64,000 bases of DNA from Scyliorhinus canicula (GCF_902713615.1 NC_052150.1:27552000-27615999), one strand, 5' to 3'; positions 11,306-24,984 are shown, numbered from the stretch's first letter. Notes: generated by a model from the letters alone, not told the origin. A program made the numbers and translations.

Positions 11306-13344
11306 TTGATTTCTTTTGCCTCAGTCAATTTAGCAAGACAGCATCCCGCATCACTGCTGAATATAAGCAAATAATGCTTGGTCTGTTAACTCAATTCGTA
11401 CTTGGGCTAGGAAGCCTGATCTGATCTGCAACTTTTTCTTCTTTTTCTTTTCTTGAGCTCGTTTAAATGTGCTGCTGAAAAGAAAAACTTTTGTAAAGGA
11501 TGGGTGGAGGCACGTAATCATAAAGGGTTTTGAGTGAGTTAAATGTATGTGGAAGAAATGACTGAGTAATAAGGTCTTCATATTGAAAGCTTCTGTAAAT
11601 GAACAATGAGCACCTCACAATTATTAACAACTAGGAACATTGGGCCGCTCAGTTGGGCACATTGCTTCTGCTGACACTCGGGATAAACAATTCTGAAGCA
11701 AAGTACGAGAGCAGTGTTCTGCCTTACCCTTTTTCTGGAAACCCATCACCACTTTTATTGAACAAAAGGACCTTTCTATGTTGGGATGAAGATGAATATG
11801 AGCCAACGTGGGCTGGCTCAAAGCGGTCAGTGCGAACCACAACACAGCTCTCTGATAAGATTTGAGTTTATTTTGAAATAATGGTCTCACATTTTGGGGG
11901 GCTTGTGGTGGTATGTGGAGGTAGATGGGGTAATGGAAAGAGACTGTCGCATTGCAGAGGACCAAATTCTCAGCCTTTATCTCAGCAATGTTAATGCTAT
12001 TCGCTAATGAAGATGACATTCTTCAAAAAAGTGTGACAAGGGAGGGTGTCATATTTGAGACTTAGTGCCATGGCGGGTGAGAATGTGAAGTGTTTCCCAC
12101 TGCAGAGGCTGCTGGGAAAACGCGGGAAAGCTTCAGGTCCTGACTGAATTAATTATGCACCCATGTGTTTCTTGCCGCATTTGGTGGCGGGGCAGGCCTG
12201 GATGGCATGTCTGGGCGCCGTACTAAATAGGTGCTCAACAACACTGACCGACTATTTGAAAAATGAAAATCTCCTGGAAACTTGACATGGCTCTCCAGGA
12301 GCACACCGAGGCGGGAAGATGGACCTCCTCACCTGCAGATGCACCCCAATTCACTGCTGTGGTGTTCCAGGGTTGCGTAAGGACCCCATCCCGAGGCAGT
12401 CCCAACATCTGCATGCCAAATTGGTCCAAAACCTGTTCCACGGCAGTGTGCTTTCCCACTGGTATCGGGGAGCACCCAGCGTTTGAGGGGGTTGGACCAT
12501 CATTTGCATCCCATTAATAGGATGCCACCATCCCCATTCCCGTCATTGGAGCTTGGGAAAATTCAGCCTGGAGTCTCAATTGCTTGATAGATCACTGTTG
12601 TTCTAGATTTTATTACCCGTCTTTTCTTAGCCATTGTGAACTGTCAATGTAAGGTTGGGCAACACAGCGAGTTGCAGTTGTCAAAACCTTTATTTTCATT
12701 TTAACTCCAAGGTGTGTTCATTTGGCTTGTTGGTAGTAGAAGAAAACCGAAACTTGGCATCTAACGGGTCTGACTTGGGAGGGTATTTCTGGAATAGTCT
12801 GGTTTGATGCCATCAGAAGAGACGGTGCTGGAATGCTTTGAAGGCCCTTATGGAAAAGGTCAAAAGAAGAAAAATCACAATATGACCTGATTGACTTTGA
12901 TTAAATTCAGTTCCATGAATATGGGAAATTAAAGGGTGACCCGATCAGGATGTTTAAAAGTATTCGATAGGTTGGGTGCTGAGATGCTTCATCTGGCAGG
13001 GTAATCAAGAACGAAGGGCTGTAATCTTAAAATTAGAGCAAGGCTGTTCAGGAATGAAATCGAAAAGGACTTTGTACCACACAGGGTTGTGGAAATCTGA
13101 AACTCTTTCTTTTCTGCACTGTAATTCTATGTTTCCTCTCCCCGAGTTGTGAGAGATACCGATTTGGGGCAGGCTGAGTCAGCAACAAGCTGGCAGATGG
13201 AATATAATATGAGGCATGATACAAGTGTGAAGTTTGCTTGCGTGAATTAAAACAACTTGACTCGAGCCTTTTTGGAGCTACAGTCTTGGGCTCTTGTCAC
13301 ATCTAACACATTCTCCAGCAGGATTTATGTTTGCACTGTTAGTT

Positions 13345-13660
13345 TAAGTCAGGATGTGGGCTAAACCCCACTCCAAAACTTTGAACATACAATATAGGCT
13401 GACACAATGAATCCCTCAGTGCAGTGTTGAGGAATTGCTGCATTGTTTGGTCCTGGCCTGGTGGGTTAGGAAGATATTAGATGTGGCACTATTTGAAAAG
13501 AGCAGGGAGATTGCCTGATGTCCTGGCTAACATTCCTCCCCTCAACTAGGTCAAAGAAATTAACTGATGCTTTCATCTCCTTGATGTTGGTGGGATGTTG
13601 CTTACATACCATTGAAAGTGAAGAGGTTTTGACGTGATGGTTTGGATGTGCCTTTCTTTT
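13345..13660 (+). mobile_element. Deu-domain SINE, decayed
   Basis: cagtgcagtgttgaggaattgctgcattgt; ggcactatttgaaaagagcagggag; gtcctggctaacattcctccctcaac. Confidence 0.7.
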
Positions 13661-13727
13661 CCAACGTGCACAGAGCTGCCTTTGATGCAGGGTGAGTTAT
13701 TTTCTCCCTACCCTGAAACTATTATGT

Positions 13728-14095
13728 GTCAGCCTTGGCCCCGTATAATTCTGAGTCAGAAGATTAAGTGTTCAAGGCACGTTCTAGGACCTGAGCTCAA
13801 GATTTAAGGCTGACGTGCTAGCAAGGTACTGAGGGAATGCTGCACTCACGGAGGTGCCCTCTTTCAGGGACGATGTTAAATTGCTGCCTCGTCTACTCCC
13901 TGGGGTCAACGGAAAAGATCCTACGGAACCTTTCGGAAGGAGAGCATGGAGGATCTCGCCTGTGTCCTAATCAACATTCACCCCTCAAACAATACCATAA
14001 ACTGGATGAACTGGTCATTATCAGATTGCTGTTTGTGGAGCTTGCTGTGTGCAACTTGGCTGCTTTGTTTCCTACATTATAAGGGTGATTGTACT
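13728..14095 (+). mobile_element. Deu-domain SINE (SacSINE1/AmnSINE1-like)
   Basis: gtactgagggaatgctgcact...ggaggtgcc; ctggtcattatcagattgctgtttgtggagcttgctgtgtgcaacttggctgc...tttcctacatta. Confidence 0.8.
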
Positions 14096-14096
14096 T

Positions 14097-14396
14097 AATA
14101 ATAATCTTTATTGTCACAAGTAGGCTTACATTAACACTGCAATGAAGTTACTGTGAAAAGCCCCTAGTCGCCACATTCTGGCGCCTGTTCGGTATGCGGA
14201 GGGAGAATTCAGAATATCCAATTCACCTAACAGCATGTCTTTCGGGACTTGTGGGAGGAAACCGGAGCACCCGGAGGAAACCCACGCAGGCACAGGGAGA
14301 ACGTGCCACACAGACAGTGACTCAAGCCGGGAATCGAAGCTGGGACCTTGGAGCTGTGGAAGCAACAGTGCTACCCACTGTGCGACCGTGCCGCCC
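14097..14396 (-). mobile_element. V-SINE, tail type C
   Basis: V-SINE head and body; tail gcctacttgtgacaataaagattattatt on the minus strand. Confidence 0.9.
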
Positions 14397-15056
14397 ACTT
14401 CTGTCACTCCTCTCTGTCAGGCAATGACTTCAGCGAAACGTGATTTAGAAGCTCCAAAATCCATTAGCAGAATGATCATGATTAAATTTTGCGGCACTGC
14501 AGCTTAAAGTCACTTTTAATCAGATAACCAATTAACTCTTGGTATCCTTTTACAGTTTGGGATTATTTCCAAATAATACTATATACTAATGAGCAGCTGT
14601 TGAATATTCCTCAGCCATAGTGATTACATTAAATCTTCAAGAACATTTCACATCTGTGTGCTTCTCCAGTCCAAACGATTGTGGAGCTGTTTTAGAAGTT
14701 ACATCCGGTACAGTGTGTGTACAATCTCACTGATTTAATAATCATTCACAGGTATCCATTATTATTCTATGTACATTTTTTTGGGCTCGATTTACTGTTC
14801 TGTAATCATGTTGCTTCTAGTCGAGCATTATTTAATCCTTCAATTCTTCTGTTCTATCATAATCACTCGCAGACTAGCCATCTTAAAAACAATGCCTGAA
14901 TAATTTTAATTTTCCCTCTGGTCCATCTGAAAGAACTTTAATCTGACAGTCCATTTTGATTTGAAACTTGTGTGTCGTGTAATCTCTGCACTTTCCCAAC
15001 TAATTCCTGCCAGATTACCCTCTTCATGGCACTGATGAAAAGATGCACCATATCGA

Positions 15057-15386
15057 CATAGACATAGAATTTACAGTGCAGAAGGAGGCCATTCGGCCCA
15101 TTGAGTCTGCACCGGCCCTTGGAAAGAGCACCCCACTTAAGCCCACTCCTGCAACCCAGCAACCCTACCCAACCCCTTTGGGCATTAAGGGCAATTTCTC
15201 ATGGCCAATCTACCGAACCTGCACATCTTTGGACTGTGGGAGGAAACCGGAGCTCCCGAAGGAAACCCACACAGACACGAGGAGAATGTGCAGACTCCAC
15301 ACAGACAGAGGCCCAAGCTGTGAATCGAACCTGGGTCACTGGAGCTGTGAAGCAGCAGTGCCTACCACTGTACTACCGTGCTGCCC
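15057..15386 (-). mobile_element. V-SINE, CR1-type tail (A)
   Basis: Head gggcagcacggtag; tail gggccgaatggcctccttctgcactgtaaattctat. Confidence 0.9.
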
Positions 15387-15454
15387 ATATAACTGATCTG
15401 CAAGCAGGGACAGAGGGTGACATAGCAAAATGTGCGGATGATACTTGTTAAAAA

Positions 15455-15778
15455 TTCATGGGCGTTGCAGGGTGTGCCTGCATTTATTGCCATCCATAAT
15501 TACCTTTGAGGGGGCATTTTAAGAGTCCACCACATTGCTGTGGGTCTGGAGTCACATGTAGACCAGGTAAGGATGGCAGATTTCCTTCCCTAAAGGACAT
15601 TAGTGAACGAAATGAGTTTCTACGACAATCGACAATGATTTCATGGTCATCATCCAACTTTTAATTCCAGATTTGTATTGAATTCAAATTTCAATTTGGG
15701 GATATGAGCCTGCATCCCCAGAGCATTACTCTGGGTCTCTGGTTCACTAGTCCAGTGACAGTACCGCCGCAGCCCCAT
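15455..15778 (-). mobile_element. tRNA-derived SINE sharing its 3' tail with the LINE at 6226-7125
   Basis: ttccttccctaaaggacattagtgaac core; gcatttattgcc tail; homologous to 37742-38120. Confidence 0.7.
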
Positions 15779-15994
15779 AGAATAGGTGGGAAAGCAGGCA
15801 GTGAAGAGGAGATAAAGATTTTACAGATGGATATAGATAGGCTAGGCGATTGGGACAAAATTTGGCAGGTGAAGTTTAATGCGGATAAATGTGAGGTTAT
15901 CCATTTTGTCGAAAGAGGGATCTGGAATGTCTATGTTCGTGAATCGCAAAAAGTCGGTAGGCAGGTACCGCATGTAATTAAAAAGGCAAATAGC

Positions 15995-16218
15995 GGGCAG
16001 CACGGTGGCCTAGTGGTTAGCACAACCGCCTCACGGCGCTGAGGTCCCAGGTTCGATCCTGGCTCTGGGTCACTGTCCATGTGGAGTTTGCACATTCTCC
16101 CCGTGTCTGCGTGGGTTTCGCCCCCACAACCCAAAAAATGTGCAGAGTAGGTGGATTGGCCATGTTAAATTGCCCCTTAATTGGAAAAAATAATTGGGTA
16201 ATCTAAATTTATAAAAAA
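15995..16218 (+). mobile_element. V-SINE, poly-A tail type B
   Basis: Head gggcagcacggtgg; ends ttgggtaatctaaattt+polyA; TSD aaaaggcaaatag on both sides. Confidence 0.9.
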
Positions 16219-19039
16219 AAAAGGCAAATAGATTGTTCAAGAGTATAAAAGTAGAGCAGTGTTCCTGCAATTGTATAGGGTATTGGTGAGACCACATCTG
16301 GAGTATTGTGTCCAGTCTTGGTCTCTTTTATTTGAGGAAGGATGTGGTGGCATTGGAGGCAGTTCAGAGGAGGTTCACCAGTGCGATTCCAGGGATGAAA
16401 GGGTTAACCTATGAGGAGAGATCAAACCGTTTGAGCTTGTATTCACCAGAGTTTGGAAGAATGAGAGGGGATCTGATCAAGATGTATGAAATACTAAATG
16501 GGATTGATAAAGTAAACAAAGACCAAATTTTATCCCTTTGTGGGGAAATCTAGAACGAGGGGGTCATGGATATAGGTTGAGAGGCGGTAGATTTAGAACT
16601 GAGATGAGGAGGAACCACTTCTCGCAGAGGGTAGTACATTTGTGGAACTCGCTGCCCCATAGTGCGGTGGAGTCTGAATTATTAAATGGTTTCAAGAAGG
16701 TGATAGATATATTTCTGATTTTTTTTTTTTTAATTGGTTAATGGGAGATGGTTAATAGGTGGTGAGATGAATTTGAGACCAGGAAGAGATCAACCATGAT
16801 CTGATTGAATGGGGAGCAGGCCTCAAGGTTGATTTGCCTACTTCTTTCCTAATTCCTATGTTCTTAACTCATTCTGGAGGAAGTTTCCTTATCGCTGGAG
16901 GGATAGCCTCTGATGTAGAGAATGACGAGTTTCTATATTGATTTTCTTTAACCAATTGGCACTTGGCTGGCTGAGTTAGCATGCCAAGTCAAAGTAATTT
17001 AGAAGCCCAAAATCAACCACTATGAAAATGATAATTTGTTAGATTTCCTTTTAATACAGTGACTGTGAAATATATTCCAAGGCTTGACTCACGAGAAGGG
17101 CTTCACGAATCCAGACCACAGGCTGTTGGCAGAAGTACAAGATTGCTCAGTCTTGAATGGGTTCTTGGCTGTGTCGAGCTCCAAGATGACTTTGCATGCT
17201 TTTGGGGCCTTTCAGTTCCATTCTTTTTTTTTTCGGTAGATGCATCAGTTTTGCAATGCCGAGTTCATAATGTCCTTTTGTATTCTCTCCGTTGACTTAC
17301 GCATCAGTACTACAGATGCCCTCTGCCTAAGAAAGATTGACAATTGGATCTTTATTAGAACTGTGCAAATTTTGGGATGATGTAATGGAAGATTAAAAAT
17401 GAATAAAGGACAGGTGGAAAATAATTTTTTTTCCGGTAGTTTGAATTGCAAAATAGGTTGAGAAAATGGGGAATTTGATGAGAGTGGGAGCTGTCTGGTA
17501 ATTCATGCTAAAACGTGTGGTTTTTAGCAAGGTGAAACTGCACAAAGTTTTATAACATCTAGTTGGTAAACTGTCAATCGCTTGCAGTTGAGTAGTCACG
17601 GGGTATTAGTCCATGGCACCACAGATGGCTGGGATGTTCACTGGAAGAGGAATGGTTATGGGAGGCTTCCAAGGGGGATTAGATGGACGTTTCTGTGGCA
17701 TGCAGGTGCAAATCTCCCTGGCACTCTGGATCAAGGATGCCACTGACTGGCTGCAAGGCAGGAGGGTGAACAACCAGTGATCGTGGTTCGCATACAATAG
17801 ACAGGACGGAAAGAAAGATGTGGTCCTGCAGTCAGAATTTAGGGAGCTAGGTTGGAAATTATGACACAGGACCTCAAAACTAGTAATCTCCCAGTATCAC
17901 ATACAAGTGAGTATAGAAATAGGAGAATTAAGCAAATGACTGCGTGGCTGGAAAAATAGTGGCGAAGGGAGGGCTTTACATTCTTGGGGCATTGGGACTG
18001 GCTCTGGAAGAGGTGGGGTCTGTATAGGGTGGGCAGGTTGCACATAAATAGAGCCGGAGTTCCTTGCAGGGCAGGTTTTGATAGTGCTATTGGGGAGAAC
18101 TTTACATGGGTGTGGGAACCAAGAGGTAATATGAGAGGGATCCAAGGTGCACAGAATACTGCGAGAGATAGCTCGCACTAGAATAAGGAATAATTAGATT
18201 TTAGGTGGGCACAGAATCAGGGAGAAAGTAATAAAGTCTCAATCGGGTTTACTGTGCATGAATAAGATTGGTGAATTGCAGGTGCAGATTGCCATATGGA
18301 AATAGGGTGATGTAGCTATAAATGTGACCTGGCTGAAAGAGCGAAAGGCCTGGGCATCAAGTATATCTGGATGCAGTGGGGTTCGAGACAGGAAGAAGGG
18401 AGGAGGGGGGTTGCAGTTTTGATTTAAGGCCAGCATTGCAGTGCCTGAGAGAGAAGATGTCCCAGAGGGGTTGAGGATGAAATCAACTTGGCTACAGCCA
18501 CTGAATAAAAAAGGTGCAATTACATTGCTCAATGTTGTCCAGAGGCAACCAACTATTGAGAAGATTGTAGGGGAACGAATTTGCAATTATCTGAATGTAG
18601 ATTGGGGCAGTAGTAATGTGAGGGGCAAGAGTTCTTATTGTGCATGCAGGAAAATGTTCTATCACCAGTTTGTTTCCAGTCCAACGAGAAAGAAGACATT
18701 ACTTTACCTGCTTCTTGAAAATCAGTTGAATCAAGTGTTTGTAGGAGAACATTTAGGGACCAATGATCACTGTGTTATAAGATTTAAGCTGTGGAAAAGA
18801 ACAATCCAGAGTAAGAATAATTAACTTGAGGATAAACCAACTTCAAAAGGGTAGGAGCATATCTGGGCCAGACAAATCCGAATCGAAGGTTGGCAGGAAC
18901 AATGACAGCTGAACAATGGGCTACCTTCAAAGAAACGGTATTTCAGACACCACCAAGGTATAGTCCCTCAAAAGGGAAGGTACGGCAACAAAGCCAGAAC
19001 TCCCTGGATAACAAAAGAGATAGAAGAAATGTGCTTATC

Positions 19040-20150
19040 GCTTTTGTAAACTTGCGTTGCACTCCCTCCGAGACCACAATGTCCTTCCTAAGGTGTGGTG
19101 CCCAGAACTGCTCATAGTATTCCAAGTGGGGGCTAACCAGGGTTTTTTTTTAGCTGCAGCATAACCCCTGTGGCTTTATATTCCTATTCTCTAGATGTAA
19201 AGACTACCATTCCATTAGCCTTTTGATTATTTTCTGCACTTTTTCCTGGCATTTTAAGTGTCTATGCACCTGAACCCCCAAATCTCTTAACTTCCACTGT
19301 GTTTAACCTCTTCCCATTTAAAAAATGCTCTGCTCTATCCTTTTTTGATCCAAAATGGATAATCTCCTATTTACCTACGTTGAACTGCATCTGCCAGAAT
19401 TTTGCCCATTTGCCTAATTTGTCAATATCTCCTTGCAATTCTATGCTATCAGACTGTCTACAATGCCCCCTACTGGTCTGATAACATCTGTGGTGAGCTT
19501 CCTTCTCTCTCCACAGATACTGTCAGACCTGCTGTGATGGTCTAGTATTTTCTATTTTTGTTTTGGATTCCAGCGTCTGCAGTAATTTGCTTTTATCCAC
19601 AGTGCCACCTTGCTTTGTATCATCAGCAAATTTGGATATATGACCTTCTTTGCCATCATCCAAGTCATTATTGAGGGCTCAACGCCGATCCTTGTGTTAC
19701 ACCACTCATCAGATCCTGCCAATTAGAGTACTTACCAATTATCCTCACTGTCGCCTGCCACTCAAACCAATTTCCTAACCATGTCAATAATTTGCCCTCA
19801 ACTCCATGGGCTTCCACCTTAGTGAACAGTCTCCTATGTGGGACTTAATGAAATGCCTTCTGGAAGTCCATATAAATAACATCCATAGAATTTCCCTGTC
19901 CACTACATTAGTCACCTCTTCAAAAAATTAAAAAGATTAGTCAGGCATGACCTTCCCTTCACAAATCCATGCTGGCTCTCCCTGATTGACCAAAATTTTT
20001 CGAGCTGTTCGGTAATCCCATTCTTGGTCATAGGCTCCAGCAGTTTCTTCTCCGCAGATGTTCGGCTAACCAGTCTGTAATTCCCTGATTTCCCCCTTTC
20101 CCCCTTCTTAAAAAGTGGACGTGAGCAATTTTCCAATCCAGAGGGGCGGC
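19040..20150 (-). mobile_element. Second, oppositely oriented decayed CR1 RT fragment
   Basis: PLFKKGERGKSGNYRLVS..SQHGFVKGRSCLTNL; [21 protein letters not shown]. Confidence 0.85.
19498..19600 (+). mobile_element. Penelope-like element terminal-repeat fragment
   Basis: tctctccacagatactgtcagacctgctg...ttccagcgtctgcagtaatttgctttt, as recalled for elasmobranch PLE ends. Confidence 0.5.
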
Positions 20151-20736
20151 TACTCTATTGATAAGGCACCAATAGATGCATCCAAGAATACTAAGGGAAG
20201 TAGAAATTATGGAGGCTCTGGCCATACTTTTTTAGTCTTTGGCAAGGTGCTGAGGACTGGAGAAATGTAAAGTTTAAACCTTGCTCAATAAAGGGTATGA
20301 CGATAAGCCCAGCAATAACAGGCCAGTCAGTTTAACTTTGTTTCTTGATCTTTCCATAACCCAATAATTTAGGCCAAAATTAATACTCACATGGACTAAT
20401 GCAGGATAATTAGAAAGTCAGCAGAAATTCTTTGTAGAGAAAATTGTGTTTAACTAGCTTGCTGAAGTCTTTTTGAAGAGGTAGCAGAGAGGGTTGATGC
20501 GGGCAATGTAGTTGATGTGGTGTACGTGGATTTCCAAAAGGCATTTGACACAATGTCTTACAGCAGACTGGTGAGCAAACGTTTAGCTCCCAGAATGAAA
20601 GGGACAGCAGCGAAATAGGTATAGAATTGGCTGAGTGACTGGATGGATATTTTTCAGGATGGAGAAGGTTTGTAATGGCGTTCCCCATTGGTTGCTGTTG
20701 GGACCCTTGATTTTCATATGATGTATTAATGACTTA

Positions 20737-20910
20737 GGGCTGGACTCTCCAGTCGCATGTTTCTCGGCATTTGTTGGTGGCGGGATTCTTTACTGCCGCC
20801 GCTTGTCAGTGGGAATTCCAGTTGAAGCCACCCACACCGCCGGGAAACCCATGGGTGGGGGTGCACTGCCAGTAAGAAATGTGAATGGCAAAGACCAGAG
20901 AATTCTGGCC
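20737..20910. mobile_element. Short Harbinger-type MITE in CR1
   Basis: Ends GGGCTGGACTCTCC / GAGAATTCTGGCC; same short family as 47853-48028. Confidence 0.65.
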
Positions 20911-23900
20911 TTGGACTTTGCAGTGTAGGGTACAAATTCAAAGTTTGCAGATGAAATGAAACTTGGAAACAGTGCGAACCGTGAGGAGAATAGTGTCGAA
21001 ATTCAAAGGGACCGAGACCAATTGGTGGATTGGGTGGACAGGTGGCCAGGTTCAATGTTGAGTAATGTGAAGTGATTCATTCTGGTTGGAAGAACATGGA
21101 GGGGGTGTATAAACTAAAAGGACACAATTCCAATGGGAGTGAGGGACCTGGATGTCTATGTGCATAAGTCATTTAAGGTGGCAGGATACGTTGAGAGAAA
21201 GGTTTGTAAAGCATACAGTTACCCAGGCTTTATTGATAGGGACATAGAATACAAGAGCAAAGAGGTCATGTTGAAATTGTATGGGTAGCTTGGCTGCAGC
21301 TGGGAAATTGTATCCAATTCTGCACACTGTACTACTTTATGAAGACATTGGAGTAGAGAGAAGATTCACAAATGGTTCGACGGATGAGGAGCTTATTCTA
21401 TGAAGGTAGATCGAAGAAATTGGGATTGTTCTCCTTGCAGAGGAGAAGGTTGAGAGGAGATTTGGAGAGGTATTTAAAATCATGAAGAGTCTAGACAGTA
21501 GATGGGGAGAAACTGTTCCCACTTGTGAAAGCATTGAGAATGTGAGGGCACATACTTAATTGGTAAAAAGAAGCAAAAGCGATATGAGGGGGAAAAACCT
21601 TTCACATGGTTAAGGTCAGGAATGCACTGAACCTGCGTCCACCACCCTATCTCTCTCTTAGGCAAGCCATGCATTCAAAAGGGATTTGGTTATCAAAACA
21701 CAAGTGTGTGCGTGGTTACATGGAGAAGGTGGGAGAATGACAGAGCGAATTGTTCATTTGGAGAGCTGGTACAGAGGGAATGGGCTGAATGACCTTTTCC
21801 TGCCCTGGTAAGATTTCTGTGAAGGCAGAGATTTGAAGTAATTGGCAAAAAAGAAGGCAAGGAGTATTTTCTTTTGCACAGCAATTTGTTATAATTTGGA
21901 ATGCACTAATGGCGGAAGCATATTCAATGACAATTTTACAAAAGGGATCGGAATGAATGAATTGAAAGAGAAATGTGCAGGGCTTTGAGGAATAGGGACT
22001 AATTCTTTTTGAAGGTCCAGCACAGGCATGATGGGCCAAATGGTCTTTCACCTATGCTGTCTTACTCTGATTTTGTGGGGCATATTGGCCAGGGACTGGA
22101 TTTGTGTTTAGGTCGGATCGAATCGGGAAGGGCTGACGGTGAACCAACTAGGTTTTATTTTTGCGGCAGTTTTTGCGGCAGTCCGAGACCTTGGTCACTA
22201 TATTTCTTTTCTCCAGATTATTAAAACTGAACTTAGATTGTCAAACTGCCATGATGAGATTTGGATTATTAGTCCAGGCCTCTGCATTATTACCCCAAAG
22301 CATAACCACTAAGCTCTATTAGCAGTTCATTTAAAAAAAACACATATTGGTGTCCTATCTTGGCAGGGCCATGTGGCACAGAGCCAAGTGGATAGAGCAG
22401 GTGCTCCCAAAAGGGGAAGAGAGGAAATCAGCTGGTGACTCGATCTTGTTCTCTGGAGGGCTCCTTGCCATTTAGTATGGAGCACTATTAGCGAGGCTGC
22501 CCGGCATTGTGTGCAGAGAAGGAATGCTCAAGTACTTTTTGTATTGACTAATTGACTACTTTTTAAAAAATCTCTTGTGATGGGTAATTTTGAGTTGAGA
22601 GATTTTTTTTTTTATTGATGGCTCTTCTATTCGAATGAAATGGTTTGAGCCTCTGATCTCCTTTCGTCTTCTGGAGTTTTCCAAGCTCCTATTTATTTTT
22701 AAATCTGGGGGAGGAAAATGATATTATAGGGGGCCCAGTGCTCTGCAAACCATCTTTCAATATTGTTGTAATGCATCCTCTGTGGGCCTCGGCTGTGAGT
22801 ATATAGGTATTATTGGGTCCATAAAATTACATTGTCACATCTGAAACTATTTTAGCTGTTGAAATGGATATTTGAGCTTCAAAGCATTCAATAGTATTTC
22901 CAGACTCCCGTCACTGCCATAACACCTTGATATTAAGTTCCACTCGGATGGTGAGCGTGGGGCAATTGTGCTGTTGTTATTTTAGCAGAACTGCTTTTCC
23001 TACAAAGATTTAAAAAAAACAGGTTAGTGCCAGATGTGCTCACAGAAGTTCAATGTGGGCATCTGTGAACAATTGCAGGAAAGCACATCATTTTGAAATG
23101 GGAGGTTTTTGCTGAGTTTATGCACATGTCTGTGTGGTGCACGCGCACGTATGTCTCTTGTGCAAGTCTGCGAATTCTTTTAATTGTGTTTCAGTTTTTC
23201 ACTGATTAGTTCATTCATCATTTCACATTTTCTGGAAGGGGAGCCAGTTGGAGCGGGTCCCATGTTTTTTATGTTGAAGCTGGTGCAGTGCAACTTCAAA
23301 AGTGAGGCAAGATGAACTTTATCCCACTTATTGAGGGAAAAATCAAATAGCTGCTACTCTGTGTGGAGAATTTGAATGTTTAACCGTAAAAGCTATTTCA
23401 GAAGGGTCCTTTTTTAACACCTGAGGAGAGGGTGGGGGGATGGGGTTGTTCTCACGGAGTTCCTGCTTTAATGACAGTGGACTGAGGGTCTTTGACCAAC
23501 TTCGTTAAGCTCGCATTTCAAAAGTGACCATGTTGATTTTCACTCCACCTGCCCAGCAAAAAATGGGACAGTTTAAATTGATATCTGTTTACACTCTCTC
23601 TCTCTCTCTCTCTTCCCCCCCCCCCCAACCCCAGAAGGGGACAAGTTTGAATCGGGGCATCAGTATTACGCCCCAACCTCTCTCTCTTTCGCTCTCTCAC
23701 ACACCTCAGTTTTATGTTCTCTTAACTTTTTGTGCAAGGTATAAAATGGTGCCTGGCTGAAACCTGCGGCCTTCCTGTCATGAGTCAAGTTGAAATTGGT
23801 TGGGCTGAAGTCCTCCTGCAAGGCTGATCGGAACGAACTGCGCCTCTGGTACAGATGAAAGATGCACAGAGGATTGTGTGGTGTTGTCACTTGTATTTAT

Positions 23901-23932
23901 TGTACACTCGGACACGAGCCATTCCAATCCTG

Positions 23933-24224
23933 TGACACGGGGGTCATCACTGCAGCCTCACAGCACCAGGGACCCGGGTTCAATTCCGACCTTGTCTGTG
24001 TGGAGTTTGTACTTTCTCCCCGTGTCTGCGTGGGTCTCCTCCGGGTGCCCTGGAGTCCCATTGTCCAAAAATGTTCAGGTTAGGTGATTGGCCATGCCTA
24101 ATTGCATATAGTGTCCAAAGGTTAACGGGGGTCACAGGGATAGGGCATGGCCTAGGTAGAGTGCTGTTTCAGAGGGCCAAGGCGCAAGGGCCGAATGGTC
24201 GTCTTCTGCTCTGTAGGGATTCTA
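23933..24224 (+). mobile_element. V-SINE, tail A, diverged
   Basis: gggttcaattcc B box; V domain; gggccgaatggtcgtcttctgctctgtagggattcta. Confidence 0.8.
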
Positions 24225-24984
24225 CAAAATCCCAGAATTGACAAGAAGAATGCCTGATCGCCAGCACTTGGGCTATATTTGTTTCCTGTTGTCTCGTTCT
24301 AGCATAAAGCCTTCCATTTAAGTCCGCTGTAAAATTGAAGCCTGTGGCATGAAATCGATTCCTTGTACAACTTCATGTCCCTAAGTCCAGTGTTTCTATC
24401 ACACAGCTCCTAAAGGACAACATTTCACATTGGCACAGCAGAGTGAACTTGTGGAAAGTTGTAGATTCCTGATTGCCCGCAGTGCTTGAGGGTGTCTGGC
24501 AGTGTTGGAGCTGCAGCATTTGGTCTAGAGGCTCCCGTTGCCTGTTCTGCTAGTTCAGCGGCACCTGAACAATTCATGGTTATATTCCAAGAAAAGATGG
24601 GAGCTTTCCTGTGATCTGAATCATTTGAAGAGATTTAAATTATTTTGGGTGCATGTATTAATGTGATATGTCAATGTGATTTTTTTTTTTAAAAAGAGGC
24701 AAGTGGCTGAAATAGGAACTCAGTTGTGCTGTCCTGGATTGGGATGTTTATTCTTTTAAAGTTCTCCCAAGCCCAAATCCTGGGCAAAATTTTGTGCTCT
24801 CAATGGTGGCTGTTATATTACTGGGTTGAAGTAATATATGTCGTTACTGGTTGCTGATGCACCTGAAGGATACGCGAGTCTTCGATGTAAAGCAAATAAA
24901 TGTATTAAGTAACGATAAAACTAATAAATGAGTTTGACATTCTACTGAACTATCTCTAGAAATAAAGTAATGAAATATAACTAT

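Larger units (their letters stand above)
15390..16865 (+). mobile_element. Decayed CR1 LINE 3' region with nested SINEs
   Basis: IAKCADDT; LQMDIDRLGDW..WQVKFNADKCEVIHF; RKDVVALEAVQRRFT..IPGMKGLTYEER; RFRTEMRRNHFSQRVVHLWNSLP. Confidence 0.85.
17610..21660 (+). mobile_element. Long decayed CR1 LINE (ORF1 remnant, endonuclease, RT), interrupted
   Basis: ORF1-like segment (tttagggagctagg, agggagggctttacattcttggggcattggg); EN-like gtagctataaatgtgacctggctg and EHLGTNDHCVIRF; resumes ~20170 (MHPRILREV) through DVVYVDFQKAFD; many stops and frameshifts. Confidence 0.75.
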
